From Eledone cirrhosa (Eukaryota), in NCBI GenBank assembly GCA_964016885.1, contig OZ024740.1, positions 170,748,001 to 170,812,000 of the forward strand: 64,000 nucleotides of DNA. The letters run 5' to 3'. Of the stretch, positions 42,801-57,635 are shown one piece after another. Position numbers and translations under genes: made by a program. Under the pieces are notes generated by a model, which saw only the letters and a list, made by a program, of their open reading frames with translations, was not told the origin of the DNA and ran no database searches. The first letter of the stretch is position 1. Every line of letters begins with the position of its first letter.

Positions 42801-44965
42801 TGTGGTTTGACTGTGGTGTGGTGTGGTCTGGTGTGGTGGACTGTGTTGTGGTGTGGTGTTGTGGTCTGTTGTGGACTGTGGTGGGGTGGGTTGAGGTGGT
42901 GGCGTGTGTTGTGTTGTGGCTGACTGCAGTGTCGTGTGGTGTGGTTTGACTGTGGTGTGGTGTGGAGTGGTGCGGTGTGGTGTAGTGTGGTGGACTGTGG
43001 TGTGGTGTGGTGTGGTGTGGTGTGGTGTGGTGAAATGTGGTGTGGTGTGGTGTGGTGTGGTGTGGTGTGGTGGACTGTGGTGTGGTGTGGTGGACTCTGG
43101 TGTGGTGTGGTGGCTGTGGTGTGGTAGACTGGTGTGGTGTGGTGTGATTTGGTGTGGTGTAGTGTGGTGGACTGTGGTGTGGTGTGGTGTCGTGGAATGT
43201 GGCGTGGTGTGGTGGACTGTGGTGTCGTGTCGTGTCGTGTCGTGTCATGTTGTGTGGTGTGATGGACTGTGGTGTGGTGGACTGTGGTGTGGTGGACTGG
43301 TGTGGTGTGGTGTGGCGTGGGGTAGTGTAGTGTTCTGGAATGTGTTGTGGAATGTGGTGAGGTGTCGTGTCGTGTGATGTGGGGTTGTGGACTGTGGTGG
43401 GGTGCGGTGGACTGGTGTGGTGTGGTGTGATTTGGTGTAGTGTGGTGTGGTGGAATGTGGTGTGGTGTGGTGGACTGTGGTGTGGTGTCGTGTCATGTTG
43501 TGTGGTGTGGTGTGGTGGACTGTGGTGTGGTGTGGTGGAGTTTGGTGTTGCGTGGGGTGGTGTTGTGTGGTGGGGTGGACTGTGGTGTGGTGTGGTGGAC
43601 TTTGGTGTGGTCGACTGTGGTGTGGTGGAATGTGGTGTGGGGTGGTGTTGTGGAGTGTGGTAGGGGGGGTGACTGTTATGTGGTGTGGAGTGGTATGGTC
43701 ATGTGGGGTGGTGGGGTGTGTTGTGGTGTGGTTGACTGCGGTGTGGTGTGGTGGCGTGTGGTGTGGTGTGGTTTGACTGTGGTGTGGTGTGGAGTGGAGT
43801 GGTGGCGTGTGGTGTGGTGTGGTTTGACTGTGGTGTGGTGTGGAGTGGTGCGCTGTGGTGTGGTGTGGTGAAATGTGGTGTGGTGTACTGTGCTGTGGTG
43901 AAATGTGGTGTGGTGTTGTGTGGCGTTGCGTAGTGTGGTGTGGTGCGGTGTGGTGTGGTGGACTGTGGTGTGGTGTGGTGGAGTTTGGTGTTGCGTGGGG
44001 TGGTGTTGTGTGGTGGGGTGGACTGTGGTGTGGTGTGGTGGACTTTGGTGTGGTCGACTGTGGTGTGGTGGAATGTGGTGTGGGGTGGTGTTGTGGAGTG
44101 TGGTAGGGGGGGTGACTGTTATGTGGTGTGGAGTGGTATGGTCATGTGGGGTGGTGGGGTGTGTTGTGGTGTGGTTGACTGCGGTGTGGTGTGGTGGCGT
44201 GTGGTGTGGTGTGGTTTGACTGTGGTGTGGTGTGGAGTGGAGTGGTGGCGTGTGGTGTGGTGTGGTTTGACTGTGGTGTGGTGTGGAGTGGTGCGCTGTG
44301 GTGTGGTGTGGTGAAATGTGGTGTGGTGTACTGTGCTGTGGTGAAATGTGGTGTGGTGTTGTGTGGCGTTGCGTAGTGTGGTGTGGTGCGGTGTGATGTG
44401 GTGGACTGTGGTGGGGTGCGGTGCTGTGTGGTGTGGTGGACTGTGGTGTGGTGAGGTGTGGTGTGGTGTGGTGTGGTGTGGTGTGGTGTGGTGGACTGGT
44501 GCGTAGTGTGGTGGACTGTGGTGTGGTGGGCTGTGGTGTGGTGTGATGTGGTGGACTGTGGTGTGGTGTGGTGTACTCTGAGATGGTGGACTGTGGGGTG
44601 GTGTGGTGTACTCTGAGATGGTCGACTGTGGTGTGGTGTGGTGTGGTGTGGTGTACTCTGAGATGGTCGACTGTGGTGTGGTGTGGTGTACTCTGAGATG
44701 GTGGGCTGTGGTGTGGTGTACTCTGGGATGGTGGAATGTTGTGTGGTCTGGTGTACTCTGAGATGGTGGACTGTGGTGTGGTGTGGTCTGGTGTACTCTG
44801 AGATGGTCTACTGTGGTGTGGTGTGGTGTGGTCTCGTCTGGTGTACTCTGAGATGGTCGGCTGTGGTGTTGTGTACTCTGAGATGGTGGAATTTAGTGTG
44901 GTGTGGTGTGGTGTACTCTCAGATAGTCTACTGTGGTGTGGAGTACTCTGAGATGGTCGACTGTG
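39874..44965. repeat. 5.1-kb (GGTGT)n pentanucleotide array with variant blocks and higher-order duplications
   Basis: gtgtg/gtgta/gtgga/ggact units; 443-bp tandem duplication shown by identical ORFs at 43748 and 44191; gtactctgagatg variant confined to 44570-44960. Confidence 0.95.
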
Positions 44966-45096
44966 ATGGACCGAGGTTGTGTGCCGTGTTTATTTTTCCT
45001 ATCCTTTAAACATTACGACGAAATTTCGATTTATTTGTCGAGTTAATATAACCTCTTTTGCTTATTTTTCTATTTGCTTCCTATATATATATATAC

Positions 45097-45178
<82 letters not shown>

Positions 45179-46379
45179 TATGTGTGTATATTCTTTCATC
45201 ACATATTAAAATAATCCTCATTCTGCCAGTGGCAGTTCCATGTCCACACTACCGATATATGATCCTACGATTTTTGTTTTTTATAAATAACTTTAAGATA
45301 TCTAAGTGCTTTCGCCGTCATATCGTCTCTTTGGTCAGTAAATGAAACAAACTTTCCTAAATGGAGCACGTATTTATATAAATATTATTTCATTTACTCA
45401 CAGTTTCAAATTTAATTAGATTTGGCTAATGTGTTTTCAGGTGAATTGAAAGTGGCACAGTAATTAAAACGTCCAGCAGAATACTTTGCAACTTTTATTC
45501 CGACGTTGTGTGTTCTGAGTTCAAATCCCGCTAAGATTAACTTTGTTATTCCTCCTTTCGATACCCGTTGATGAAGTGTCTATCAAGTACTGGGGTTGAT
45601 TCCTCCTCTATATATCTGTCTTACACTTTTGTTGCTTCTGCCTCTCTGTATTTCACTAGAAGAAAATGTCTGTCTTCCAACCTGAAGAGGATTTGGCTCA
45701 GTTTGGTTTAAATGCTCAGGACAAGTTGTCTTGTACGAGAGCACTACTACGACTCCTACAGTAGTTAAGTGTCCATGACCTGACATTACATCCTGTGCTT
45801 TAATAACATGTACTTAAAAAAATAACTTGTTGAAGAAAGATCCGTGAATAAATATTTCATATTAAACTTCAAGTTTATAATTTCATAGTTGTTATATTTG
45901 GCAATTGCCAAATGGTCGATGAAATAAAGACAATACCGCACCATGGCTGTGGTTTGTTAATTGAAATCAGTAAGAAAATAAAAGAATGATTCAAATTAAT
46001 CACTATATCATGTATTCCTTGGAGTTGGGTCCTTGATTTGTTACTACTGCTCTCTGTCACGTTAAATTAATTCTTGTATGGGCCCTACAATTCTCATTGG
46101 ATTTCGCACACCTCATGGAGCGAAATATTTAAACTTTTACTGTTCATATTTCAAAGGCATATTTCAAAGGCATTTTAAAATTTATAGTTATTAAATTTTG
46201 AATCTTTATATTTTAAATCTTAACCTATCATTGTTAGTTTTTTTTTTAAATCCGCTAGACAGCGCTGGCCGACAGACTTCTATATTCATAGCTGGGTTTC
46301 AAAATGTTTATTTATTAAACATACTGTATATCTTTGGATATACGAAATTCACACACACGCACACACACATATTTGTATA

Positions 46380-46701
46380 TCTATATATTACTAAAAGTCT
46401 GTGATTGTTTGCTTGCTTGTCTGTAATGTAATACAACCAAAAGGGCGCATAATGGGAAAATACTTTGAAAGGAAGTTGCCTCCGAAATGGGAATAAAATG
46501 GAATGAAAGAAGTTTCGCGTAAATCGAAGCACGGGTTCCCGAGATATGGGGTTTTCTGGGTACCTTTATAAACAGAGAGAGAGAGCAGGATAGAGAGAAA
46601 GAGATAGTCGTTGTGAGAGAGTAGATTGAAAGAGAGACGTAGAGAGAGGGAGAGGAGACAGAGAAGGGGAATGGAAGAGAGGGCGAGAGCTGGTGGTGTT
46701 G

Positions 46702-46738
<37 letters not shown>

Positions 46739-47018
46739 AGTGTGTGTATATATATATATGTGTGTGTATTTGTGTGTGTCTATGATCAGTGTATATAGAT
46801 CACAGACATCCACATATATATATATATACATACACATACATATATATATGTATACACACACATTTATATATACACACACATATATATGGGCCTTCCAGTT
46901 TCATTTCACATTATATACATGTCTGTATATATTTTAATTATTTAAAAATTATTTTTCAGTGAACATGATTTTTTTCAAAATATTTTGAAGTGAATGTGAC
47001 ACAACGGGTCACGAGCCG

Positions 47019-47023
<5 letters not shown>
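46380..47023 (+). mobile_element. Non-autonomous Helitron
   Basis: A|TC 5' end (tctatatattactaaaag...), 3' hairpin gtgac-acaacgg-gtcac then CTAA|T; two further copies at 48-55 kb. Confidence 0.7.
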
Positions 47024-47092
<69 letters not shown>

Positions 47093-47140
47093 AAGAAGTG
47101 TAAGTCAACAGGTTAAACTTGACTTTGTTTATCCATATTC

Positions 47141-47199
47141 ACTGATATATATATTTCGGTGATAGCCATTATTCCACACCTATGACCTCATCAGACAGC
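47141..47199 (-). ncRNA. Type I hammerhead ribozyme in a pLTR-like piece abutting (TA)n
   Basis: gctgt-CTGATGA-ggtcatag...ctatcacc-GAAA-tatata-TA-tcagt; related to the 29854 motif; first stem I pair is U-U. Confidence 0.7.
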
Positions 47200-48207
47200 T
47201 AGAACTTGAACAGAAAAAAAACCCAGAAAAACATAATGATGGAACAAAGTTTATCTCTGTTATTTGGATCTTTTGATATGTCTAGTACCGAAGTATGGTG
47301 TTGTTTTCTCAAAGAACTGGTGTCATACTGAAGTGACAGTAACTAACCAACACATACTCAAATTGTATATATATTTAAGGCAAGTAACATTAGCTTTTTT
47401 CCCTAATGTATTGTTTCGTAAAATCATCATTCGGGAACTACATCGGCAAATCTTTAAGAATCTCTAAATTTTGTTAAACAAGTAAGACAATCATTTAATA
47501 ACGTACTGATTTAGCAGATCTATTCTGAAAGACCTCTCACCTATAACTGCTATCTCATTATCTAATCTTTGTTTCAGACAGTGTTTCTACGACTATATTA
47601 TCCAATATTCAAAAGGTTATGGGGTGATTAGAGGAAAATTTGATTTTTATTTCAAAGAGATCGAGATCCCCATTAGGGCTTTGTAATCGGGTCATCTTCA
47701 ATTTGGTTGAACATATTGGGGCCAAAAATATGTAACACATTCCTCTCTGGTACTAGAAGAGTGATAAGTGTTTCGTTATTTATTAATGAAAATTGAAAGA
47801 TTTCTATAGCTATTCCATAGGTATTTCATTGTAATATACAGAAAAAAACTAATATGAAGATATTTCTGTATGGTAAATGCATTGTTAAGTGGGATCTAAC
47901 TCGCACTGAAAATATAAAGTTATTAGCGTTAATGATATTTATTTTGGAGAAAGACAAGTACGTCTGCTCTCGAATATAAACCAGTAATTTTTTATTCACT
48001 TAAAAATATTCCTATTTTCAGTCATTATAAGATCTGGCAGGTACGTGTTATATTATGCTTCGGCGAGAAGGTCTAGGAGACCCGAAATATATCAGGTGTT
48101 ATACCAATAATTCATTGAAGTTTTAAAAACCCTTTTAGATTTCAGTGCTCTCTTCCCTTGTCTCTCTGTAAAATCATTTTCGTTAACGGAAATGATTTTA
48201 TTATTTA

Positions 48208-49638
<1,431 letters not shown>

Positions 49639-49788
49639 ACTAGACCGTTTGGTTATGTTCACTTCAAAATATTTTTTTTAAATCATGTTCACTTAAAAAT
49701 TATTTTTTTAATAATAAAAATATACAAAGACATGTATATAATGTGAAATGAAACTGGCAGGCCCATATATATACGTGTGTGTGAGGGC

Positions 49789-49826
<38 letters not shown>

Positions 49827-49832
<6 letters not shown>

Positions 49833-52800
49833 AAGAATTCATATCTAGTAACATATATATACATACAGATGCATATCAATGCTAGCAAATATATAGGTTT
49901 TGTCTTAATAACAGTGTGGTTCAATGCATGGGATTGCAGAACAATAATATAAGAGACGTAAAATAAGAAAATTATAAAATTAACTTACTTACTAAAATAT
50001 CACTTCCAACTAATTAGTTTCTGGAATGGAGTAAATATATTTTCCGAAGAATAATATAAAGAAGCATTCCGTCGTCAGGAAAGTCTATTCTCATGTAAGT
50101 TTCCAGGCAAAGCGAGGACACTGGAAACTTATTAAAATAATTCAGTGGATAGGAAATAGCAAAGCGTGGACTGAATTCCAAGCCATTGAGAAAATCACTG
50201 CCTCTACGTCTGTGGCAAATTCAAAAAGAATCGAACACGTGACATCGAGGTCAATCAGTGGAAAGTGGTTTGATAATAAGACAGCGGCCTGCCTACAACC
50301 GTAGCAGCAGTCAGGGCCAATATTGCACGACAAATAATTTGGAGATAATAATAAAGAATTCATATCTAGTAACATATATATACATACAGATGCATATCAA
50401 TGCTAGCAAATATATAGGTTTTGTCTTAATAACAGTGTGGTTCAATGCATGGGGTTGCAGAACAATAATATAAGAGACGTAAAATAAGAAAATTATAAAA
50501 TTAACTTACTTACTAAAATATCACTTCCAACTAATTAGTTTCTGGAATGGAGTAAATATATTTTCCGAAGAATAATATAAAGAAGCATTCCGTCGTCAGG
50601 AAAGTCTATTCTCATGTAAGTTTCCAGGCAAAGCGAGGACACTGGAAACTTATTAAAATAATTCAGTGGATAGGAAATAGCAAAGCGTGGACTGAAATCC
50701 AAGCCATTGAGAAAATCACTGCCTCTACGTCTGTGGCAAATTCAAAAAGAATCGAACACGTGACATCGAGGTCAATCAGTGGAAAGTGGTTTGATAATAA
50801 GACAGCGGCCTGCCTACAACCGTAGCAGCAGTCAGGGCCAATATTGCACGACAAATAATTTGGAGATAATAATAAAGAATTCATATCTAGTAACATATAT
50901 ATACATACAGATGCATATCAATGCTAGCAAATATATAGGTTTTGTCTTAATAACAGTGTGGTTCAATGCATGGGGTTGCAGAACAATAATATAAGAGACG
51001 TAAAATAAGAAAATTATAAAATTAACTTACTTACTAAAATATCACTTCCAACTAATTAGTTTCTGGAATGGAGTAAATATATTTTCCGAAGAATAATATA
51101 AAGAAGCATTCCGTCGTCAGGAAAGTCTATTCTCATGTAAGTTTCCAGGCAAAGCGAGGACACTGGAAACTTATTAAAATAATTCAGTGGATAGGAAATA
51201 GCAAAGCGTGGACTGAATTCCAAGCCATTGAGAAAATCACTGCCTCTACGTCTGTGGCAAATTCAAAAAGAATCGAACACGTGACATCGAGGTCAATCAG
51301 TGGAAAGTGGTTTGATAATAAGACAGCGGCCTGCCTACAACCGTAGCAGCAGTCAGGGCCAATATTGCACGACAAATAATTTGGAGATAATAATAAAGAA
51401 TTCATATCTAGTAACATATATATACATACAGATGCATATCAATGCTAGCAAATATATAGGTTTTGTCTTAATAACAGTGTGGTTCAATGCATGGGGTTGC
51501 AGAACAATAATATAAGAGACGTAAAATAAGAAAATTATAAAATTAACTTACTTACTAAAATATCACTTCCAACTAATTAGTTTCTGGAATGGAGTAAATA
51601 TATTTTCCGAAGAATAATATAAAGAAGCATTCCGTCGTCAGGAAAGTCTATTCTCATGTAAGTTTCCAGGCAAAGCGAGGACACTGGAAACTTATTAAAA
51701 TAATTCAGTGGATAGGAAATAGCAAAGCGTGGACTGAATTCCAAGCCATTGAGAAAATCACTGCCTCTACGTCTGTGGCAAATTCAAAAAGAATCGAACA
51801 CGTGACATCGAGGTCAATCAGTGGAAAGTGGTTTGATAATAAGACAGCGGCCTGCCTACAACCGTAGCAGCAGTCAGGGCCAATATTGCACGACAAATAA
51901 TTTGGAGATAATAATAAAGAATTCATATCTAGTAACATATATATACATACAGATGCATATCAATGCTAGCAAATATATAGGTTTTGTCTTAATAACAGTG
52001 TGGTTCAATGCATGGGGTTGCAGAACAATAATATAAGAGACGTAAAATAAGAAAATTATAAAATTAACTTACTTACTAAAATATCACTTCCAACTAATTA
52101 GTTTCTGGAATGGAGTAAATATATTTTCCGAAGAATAATATAAAGAAGCATTCCGTCGTCAGGAAAGTCTATTCTCATGTAAGTTTCCAGGCAAAGCGAG
52201 GACACTGGAAACTTATTAAAATAATTCAGTGGATAGGAAATAGCAAAGCGTGGACTGAAATCCAAGCCATTGAGAAAATCACTGCCTCTACGTCTGTGGC
52301 AAATTCAAAAAGAATCGAACACGTGACATCGAGGTCAATCAGTGGAAAGTGGTTTGATAATAAGACAGCGGCCTGCCTACAACCGTAGCAGCAGTCAGGG
52401 CCAATATTGCACGACAAATAATTTGGAGATAATAATAAAGAATTCATATCTAGTAACATATATATACATACAGATGCATATCAATGCTAGCAAATATATA
52501 GGTTTTGTCTTAATAACAGTGTGGTTCAATGCATGGGGTTGCAGAACAATAATATAAGAGACGTAAAATAAGAAAATTATAAAATTAACTTACTTACTAA
52601 AATATCACTTCCAACTAATTAGTTTCTGGAATGGAGTAAATATATTTTCCGAAGAATAATATAAAGAAGCATTCCGTCGTCAGGAAAGTCTATTCTCATG
52701 TAAGTTTCCAGGCAAAGCGAGGACACTGGAAACTTATTAAAATAATTCAGTGGATAGGAAATAGCAAAGCGTGGACTGAATTCCAAGCCATTGAGAAAAT

Positions 52801-54677
52801 CACTGCCTCTACGTCTGTGGCAAATTCAAAAAGAATCGAACACGTGACATCGAGGTCAATCAGTGGAAAGTGGTTTGATAATAAGACAGCGGCCTGCCTA
52901 CAACCGTAGCAGCAGTCAGGGCCAATATTGCACGACAAATAATTTGGAGATAATAATAAAGAATTCATATCTAGTAACATATATATACATACAGATGCAT
53001 ATCAATGCTAGCAAATATATAGGTTTTGTCTTAATAACAGTGTGGTTCAATGCATGGGGTTGCAGAACAATAATATAAGAGACGTAAAATAAGAAAATTA
53101 TAAAATTAACTTACTTACTAAAATATCACTTCCAACTAATTAGTTTCTGGAATGGAGTAAATATATTTTCCGAAGAATAATATAAAGAAGCATTCCGTCG
53201 TCAGGAAAGTCTATTCTCATGTAAGTTTCCAGGCAAAGCGAGGACACTGGAAACTTATTAAAATAATTCAGTGGATAGGAAATAGCAAAGCGTGGACTGA
53301 ATTCCAAGCCATTGAGAAAATCACTGCCTCTACGTCTGTGGCAAATTCAAAAAGAATCGAACACGTGACATCGAGGTCAATCAGTGGAAAGTGGTTTGAT
53401 AATAAGACAGCGGCCTGCCTACAACCGTAGCAGCAGTCAGGGCCAATATTGCACGACAAATAATTTGGAGATAATAATAAAGAATTCATATCTAGTAACA
53501 TATATATACATACAGATGCATATCAATGCTAGCAAATATATAGGTTTTGTCTTAATAACAGTGTGGTTCAATGCATGGGGTTGCAGAACAATAATATAAG
53601 AGACGTAAAATAAGAAAATTATAAAATTAACTTACTTACTAAAATATCACTTCCAACTAATTAGTTTCTGGAATGGAGTAAATATATTTTCCGAAGAATA
53701 ATATAAAGAAGCATTCCGTCGTCAGGAAAGTCTATTCTCATGTAAGTTTCCAGGCAAAGCGAGGACACTGGAAACTTATTAAAATAATTCAGTGGATAGG
53801 AAATAGCAAAGCGTGGACTGAATTCCAAGCCATTGAGAAAATCACTGCCTCTACGTCTGTGGCAAATTCAAAAAGAATCGAACACGTGACATCGAGGTCA
53901 ATCAGTGGAAAGTGGTTTGATAATAAGACAGCGGCCTGCCTACAACCGTAGCAGCAGTCAGGGCCAATATTGCACGACAAATAATTTGGAGATAATAATA
54001 AAGAATTCATATCTAGTAACATATATATACATACAGATGCATATCAATGCTAGCAAATATATAGGTTTTGTCTTAATAACAGTGTGGTTCAATGCATGGG
54101 GTTGCAGAACAATAATATAAGAGACGTAAAATAAGAAAATTATAAAATTAACTTACTTACTAAAATATCACTTCCAACTAATTAGTTTCTGGAATGGAGT
54201 AAATATATTTTCCGAAGAATAATATAAAGAAGCATTCCGTCGTCAGGAAAGTCTATTCTCATGTAAGTTTCCAGGCAAAGCGAGGACACTGGAAACTTAT
54301 TAAAATAATTCAGTGGATAGGAAATAGCAAAGCGTGGACTGAATTCCAAGCCATTGAGAAAATCACTGCCTCTACGTCTGTGGCAAATTCAAAAAGAATC
54401 GAACACGTGACATCGAGGTCAATCAGTGGAAAGTGGTTTGATAATAAGACAGCGGCCTGCCTACAACCGTAGCAGCAGTCAGGGCCAATATTGCACGACA
54501 AATAATTTGGAGATAATAATAAAGAATTCATATCTAGTAACATATATATACATACAGATGCATATCAATGCTAGCAAATATATAGGTTTTGTCTTAATAA
54601 CAGTGTGGTTGAATGCATGGGGTTGCAGAACATTAATATAAGAGACGTAAAATAAGAAAATTATAAAATTAACTTAC
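49827..54677 (-). repeat. Tandem array of 9.3 x 521-bp near-identical units, each with a hammerhead ribozyme (retrozyme-like)
   Basis: Exact 521-bp period (ORF repeats at 50142, 50663 ... 54310); starts directly after (TA)n; only a few single-base variants seen. Confidence 0.95.
50002..50084 (-). ncRNA. Type I hammerhead ribozyme of unit 1 (repeats every 521 bp to 54170-54252; nine complete copies)
   Basis: actttc-CTGACGA-cggaatg...cattcca-GAAA-ctaattag-TT-ggaagt; stem I actttc/ggaagt, stem II ggaatg/cattcc extended to a cUUCGg-capped hairpin, palindromic stem III, GUU site (cut predicted at 50008/50007). Confidence 0.85.
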
Positions 54678-54797
54678 GACGGAATGCTTCTTTATATGTT
54701 TCTTCGGAAAATATATTTACTCCATTCCAGAAACTAATTAGTTGGAAGTGATATTTTAGTAAGTAAGTTAATTTTATAATTTTCTTATTTTACGTCT

Positions 54798-54804
<7 letters not shown>
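54676..54804 (+). repeat. Inverted partial copy of the 521-bp unit capping the array
   Basis: acgacggaatgcttc...tacgtctcttatat is the reverse complement of part of the unit; begins inside the HHR core (CTG missing) and ends in (TA)n. Confidence 0.9.
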
Positions 54805-54837
<33 letters not shown>

Positions 54838-54905
54838 TATAAATGTGAGTGTGTATACATATATATATATGTGTATGTGTGTGTCTGTATATATATATAT
54901 GTGTG

Positions 54906-54951
<46 letters not shown>

Positions 54952-55364
54952 GGTGTCTGTGATCTATATGCGCTGGTCATAGACACACACAGACACACAT
55001 ATACACACACATATATATTCACACATTCATATATATATATATATACACAACAAAACCACCAGCTCTCTTCCATTCTCCTTCTCTGTCTCCTCTCCCTCTC
55101 TCCATGTCTCTCTTTCAATCTACTCTCACAACCACTATCTCTTCCTCTCTATACTTCTCTCTCTTTGTTTATGAAGGTGCCCGGAAAAAACCTATATCTC
55201 GGGAGTCCGTGGTCCGATTTACGCGATACTTGTTTTATTCCATTTGTATTCGGTATTTCAGGGGCAACTTCCTTTCAAAGAATGTTCCCATTATGCACCC
55301 TTTTGGCTTTATTACATTACAGACAAGCAAGAAAGCAATCAAAGTCTTTTAGTAGGGCGCTAGA

Positions 55365-55543
55365 TTGGCAGTATCGGTAGAGGGTCGACGCCATGCTTTG
55401 CAGCACAGTTACGTCCCTTTACAGACTGAGTTCAAATCTCGCCGAGGTTAACTTTGCCTTTCATCCTTACGGGGTCGATAAAATAAAGTACCAGTTATAC
55501 ACTGGATAATTGCTGGCCCTGTGCCAAAAAGTAGAAACAATTA
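55365..55543 (+). mobile_element. SINE
   Basis: Family consensus with A and B boxes. Confidence 0.85.
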
Positions 55544-56913
55544 TATAGATAGATGTATGTATATATGTAAGTATATATGTGTGTATATATGTATGCATGT
55601 ATATATGTATGTATTTAAGTTTGTATGTATGTATGTATGTATGTATGTTTGTAAGTTTGTATGTATATATATTACTGATCATACAGTATTTGCTGCTTTA
55701 AATTCAAATTGGATGCCTCAAGTATTGTATAAAGATCTTATCTAACTTTATCATTGGTATAGGAAGCTCTATACTTGATGAATGTTCACCCGGTTATATA
55801 TATATATACACATATTGTGTGTGTTATGTGTGTGTGTATGTGAGAGAGAGAGAGTGTGTGTGTGTGTGTGTGTGTGTAAATGTTTGTATAAACAGGGAAC
55901 ACATTGATCATTCTTATTCAGGATATTTTTGTCTCATTATTGTATCTTTATTCTTAGTTTTGATCAATAACTTTTCTAAACCTATATGTATATTAACGTT
56001 TGGAAGCCTGCACATCCCCATCTTCAGAATCGGAAAATAATTATAGTAATGGCCTATTGGTCAGGTGCTTAGTCATTGTCGTAAAATACCATAAGAGTGG
56101 TAGGAAATTATGGACGATGAATTAATAAGGAAATAGGAAAACTCCTTCATAAAAATGATCAAATTTGAGCACAAGCGTCATGTGTGTGTATGTATGAATA
56201 TGTATAAATATACGTGTGTGTAATTATAATTTAAAATTATAGATGTCATGTTTGAGATAATCTCGAATATGCGCCTTATCACCCAAGAATAAGCTCAAAG
56301 AGAAATTAAAGGAATAAATCCGAGCATTTATTCATTACAAAATAGTGAATGACATATATACAAACATATATATCTAATAATATAAATGTACAATAGAACA
56401 TATCAAACTTTAACAAGAGACAATCTGTATAGGATGCAAGATTACATGGTTCATTATTACAGTATCATATTAAAATTTGACAAAAATTTAAAACATAGAT
56501 ACCTGATAAAAATTATATATATATAAGAAAAAGAAATCGAAAACGCAACTGGAGACTTTTTAAAATATTTATTTGTTTCCTAGGTAAAGGAAACAAATAA
56601 ATATTTAAAAAAAGTCTCCAGTTGCGTTTTCGATTTCTTTTTCTTATATATATATAATTTTTATCAGGTATCTGTTTTAAATTTTTGTTAAATTTTAATA
56701 TGATACTGTAATAATGAACCATGTAATCTCGCATCCTATACAGATTGTCTCTTGTTAAAGTTTGATATGTTCTATGTTTGTATATATGTCATTCACTATT
56801 TTGTAATGAATAAATGCTCGGATTTATTCCTTTAATTTCTCTTTGAGCTTAGTCTTGGGTGATAAGGCGCATATTCGAGATTATCTCAAACATGACATCT
56901 ATAATTTTAAATG

Positions 56914-56986
<73 letters not shown>

Positions 56987-57153
56987 TAACAGATTAAAGT
57001 TTAAGCAAAGAATCGCTGCTTTCACCCTTAACGGGATCTTCTGAAACTAACAAAGTCAATCTGTAAACGCAGAACTGGATATTTCAAAAAACGTTGCAAC
57101 CGGAGGAAGACAGGAAGACGATACTTTGGTTCGTGGAAACGTTCGCTGGCTAA

Positions 57154-57257
<104 letters not shown>

Positions 57258-57577
57258 TTATATATATATATACATTTATATATATATATACATTTATATA
57301 TATATATATATACATTTATATATATATATATATATATACATTTATATATATTATGTACATATATATATACATTTATATATATATATATATACGCTGACTT
57401 ATGTTCCTATCCCTTTCTGTTTTCCTTTATTTGACCGGTAGTAGCACACTGTAAGCTTTAGCCACGTCACTCGAGGGCGACCGGCAAAGGTGGAAGATGC
57501 TGGATGGCGGTCGTCCTCCGGTCTTTGATTGTCAGCCCCATGGATTTTATCTATTACATTCACTTATTATATTTCGA

Positions 57578-57635
57578 ATACCTGATGATATCACCGAATT
57601 CATACGGAACTGGGTCATTGAAATGATCATAGTAT
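57578..57635 (+). ncRNA. Type I hammerhead ribozyme (left repeat)
   Basis: atac-CTGATGA-tatcacc...ggtcatt-GAAA-tgatca-TA-gtat. Confidence 0.75.

Larger units (their letters stand above)
49640..55364 (-). mobile_element. Helitron copy split by the 521-bp array
   Basis: 49640-49790 (CTAG|T end) and 54830-55364 (A|TC end) are colinear with the reverse complement of 46380-47023; the array sits in its internal (TA)n. Confidence 0.7.

Noticed and set aside
39832-43248. 1138-aa His/Thr/Pro-rich ORF
   Set aside because: It is the translation of (ACACC)n, which lacks stops by composition; no domain or gene structure
39874-44965. Telomeric or interstitial telomeric repeat
   Set aside because: The unit is GGTGT, not the TTAGGG expected for molluscs and most animals
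49827-54677. CRISPR array or tandem gene cluster (77-aa and 71-aa ORFs)
   Set aside because: Units are wholly identical with no spacers, there are no cas genes and the context is eukaryotic; the ORFs overlap on opposite strands with no recognisable motif
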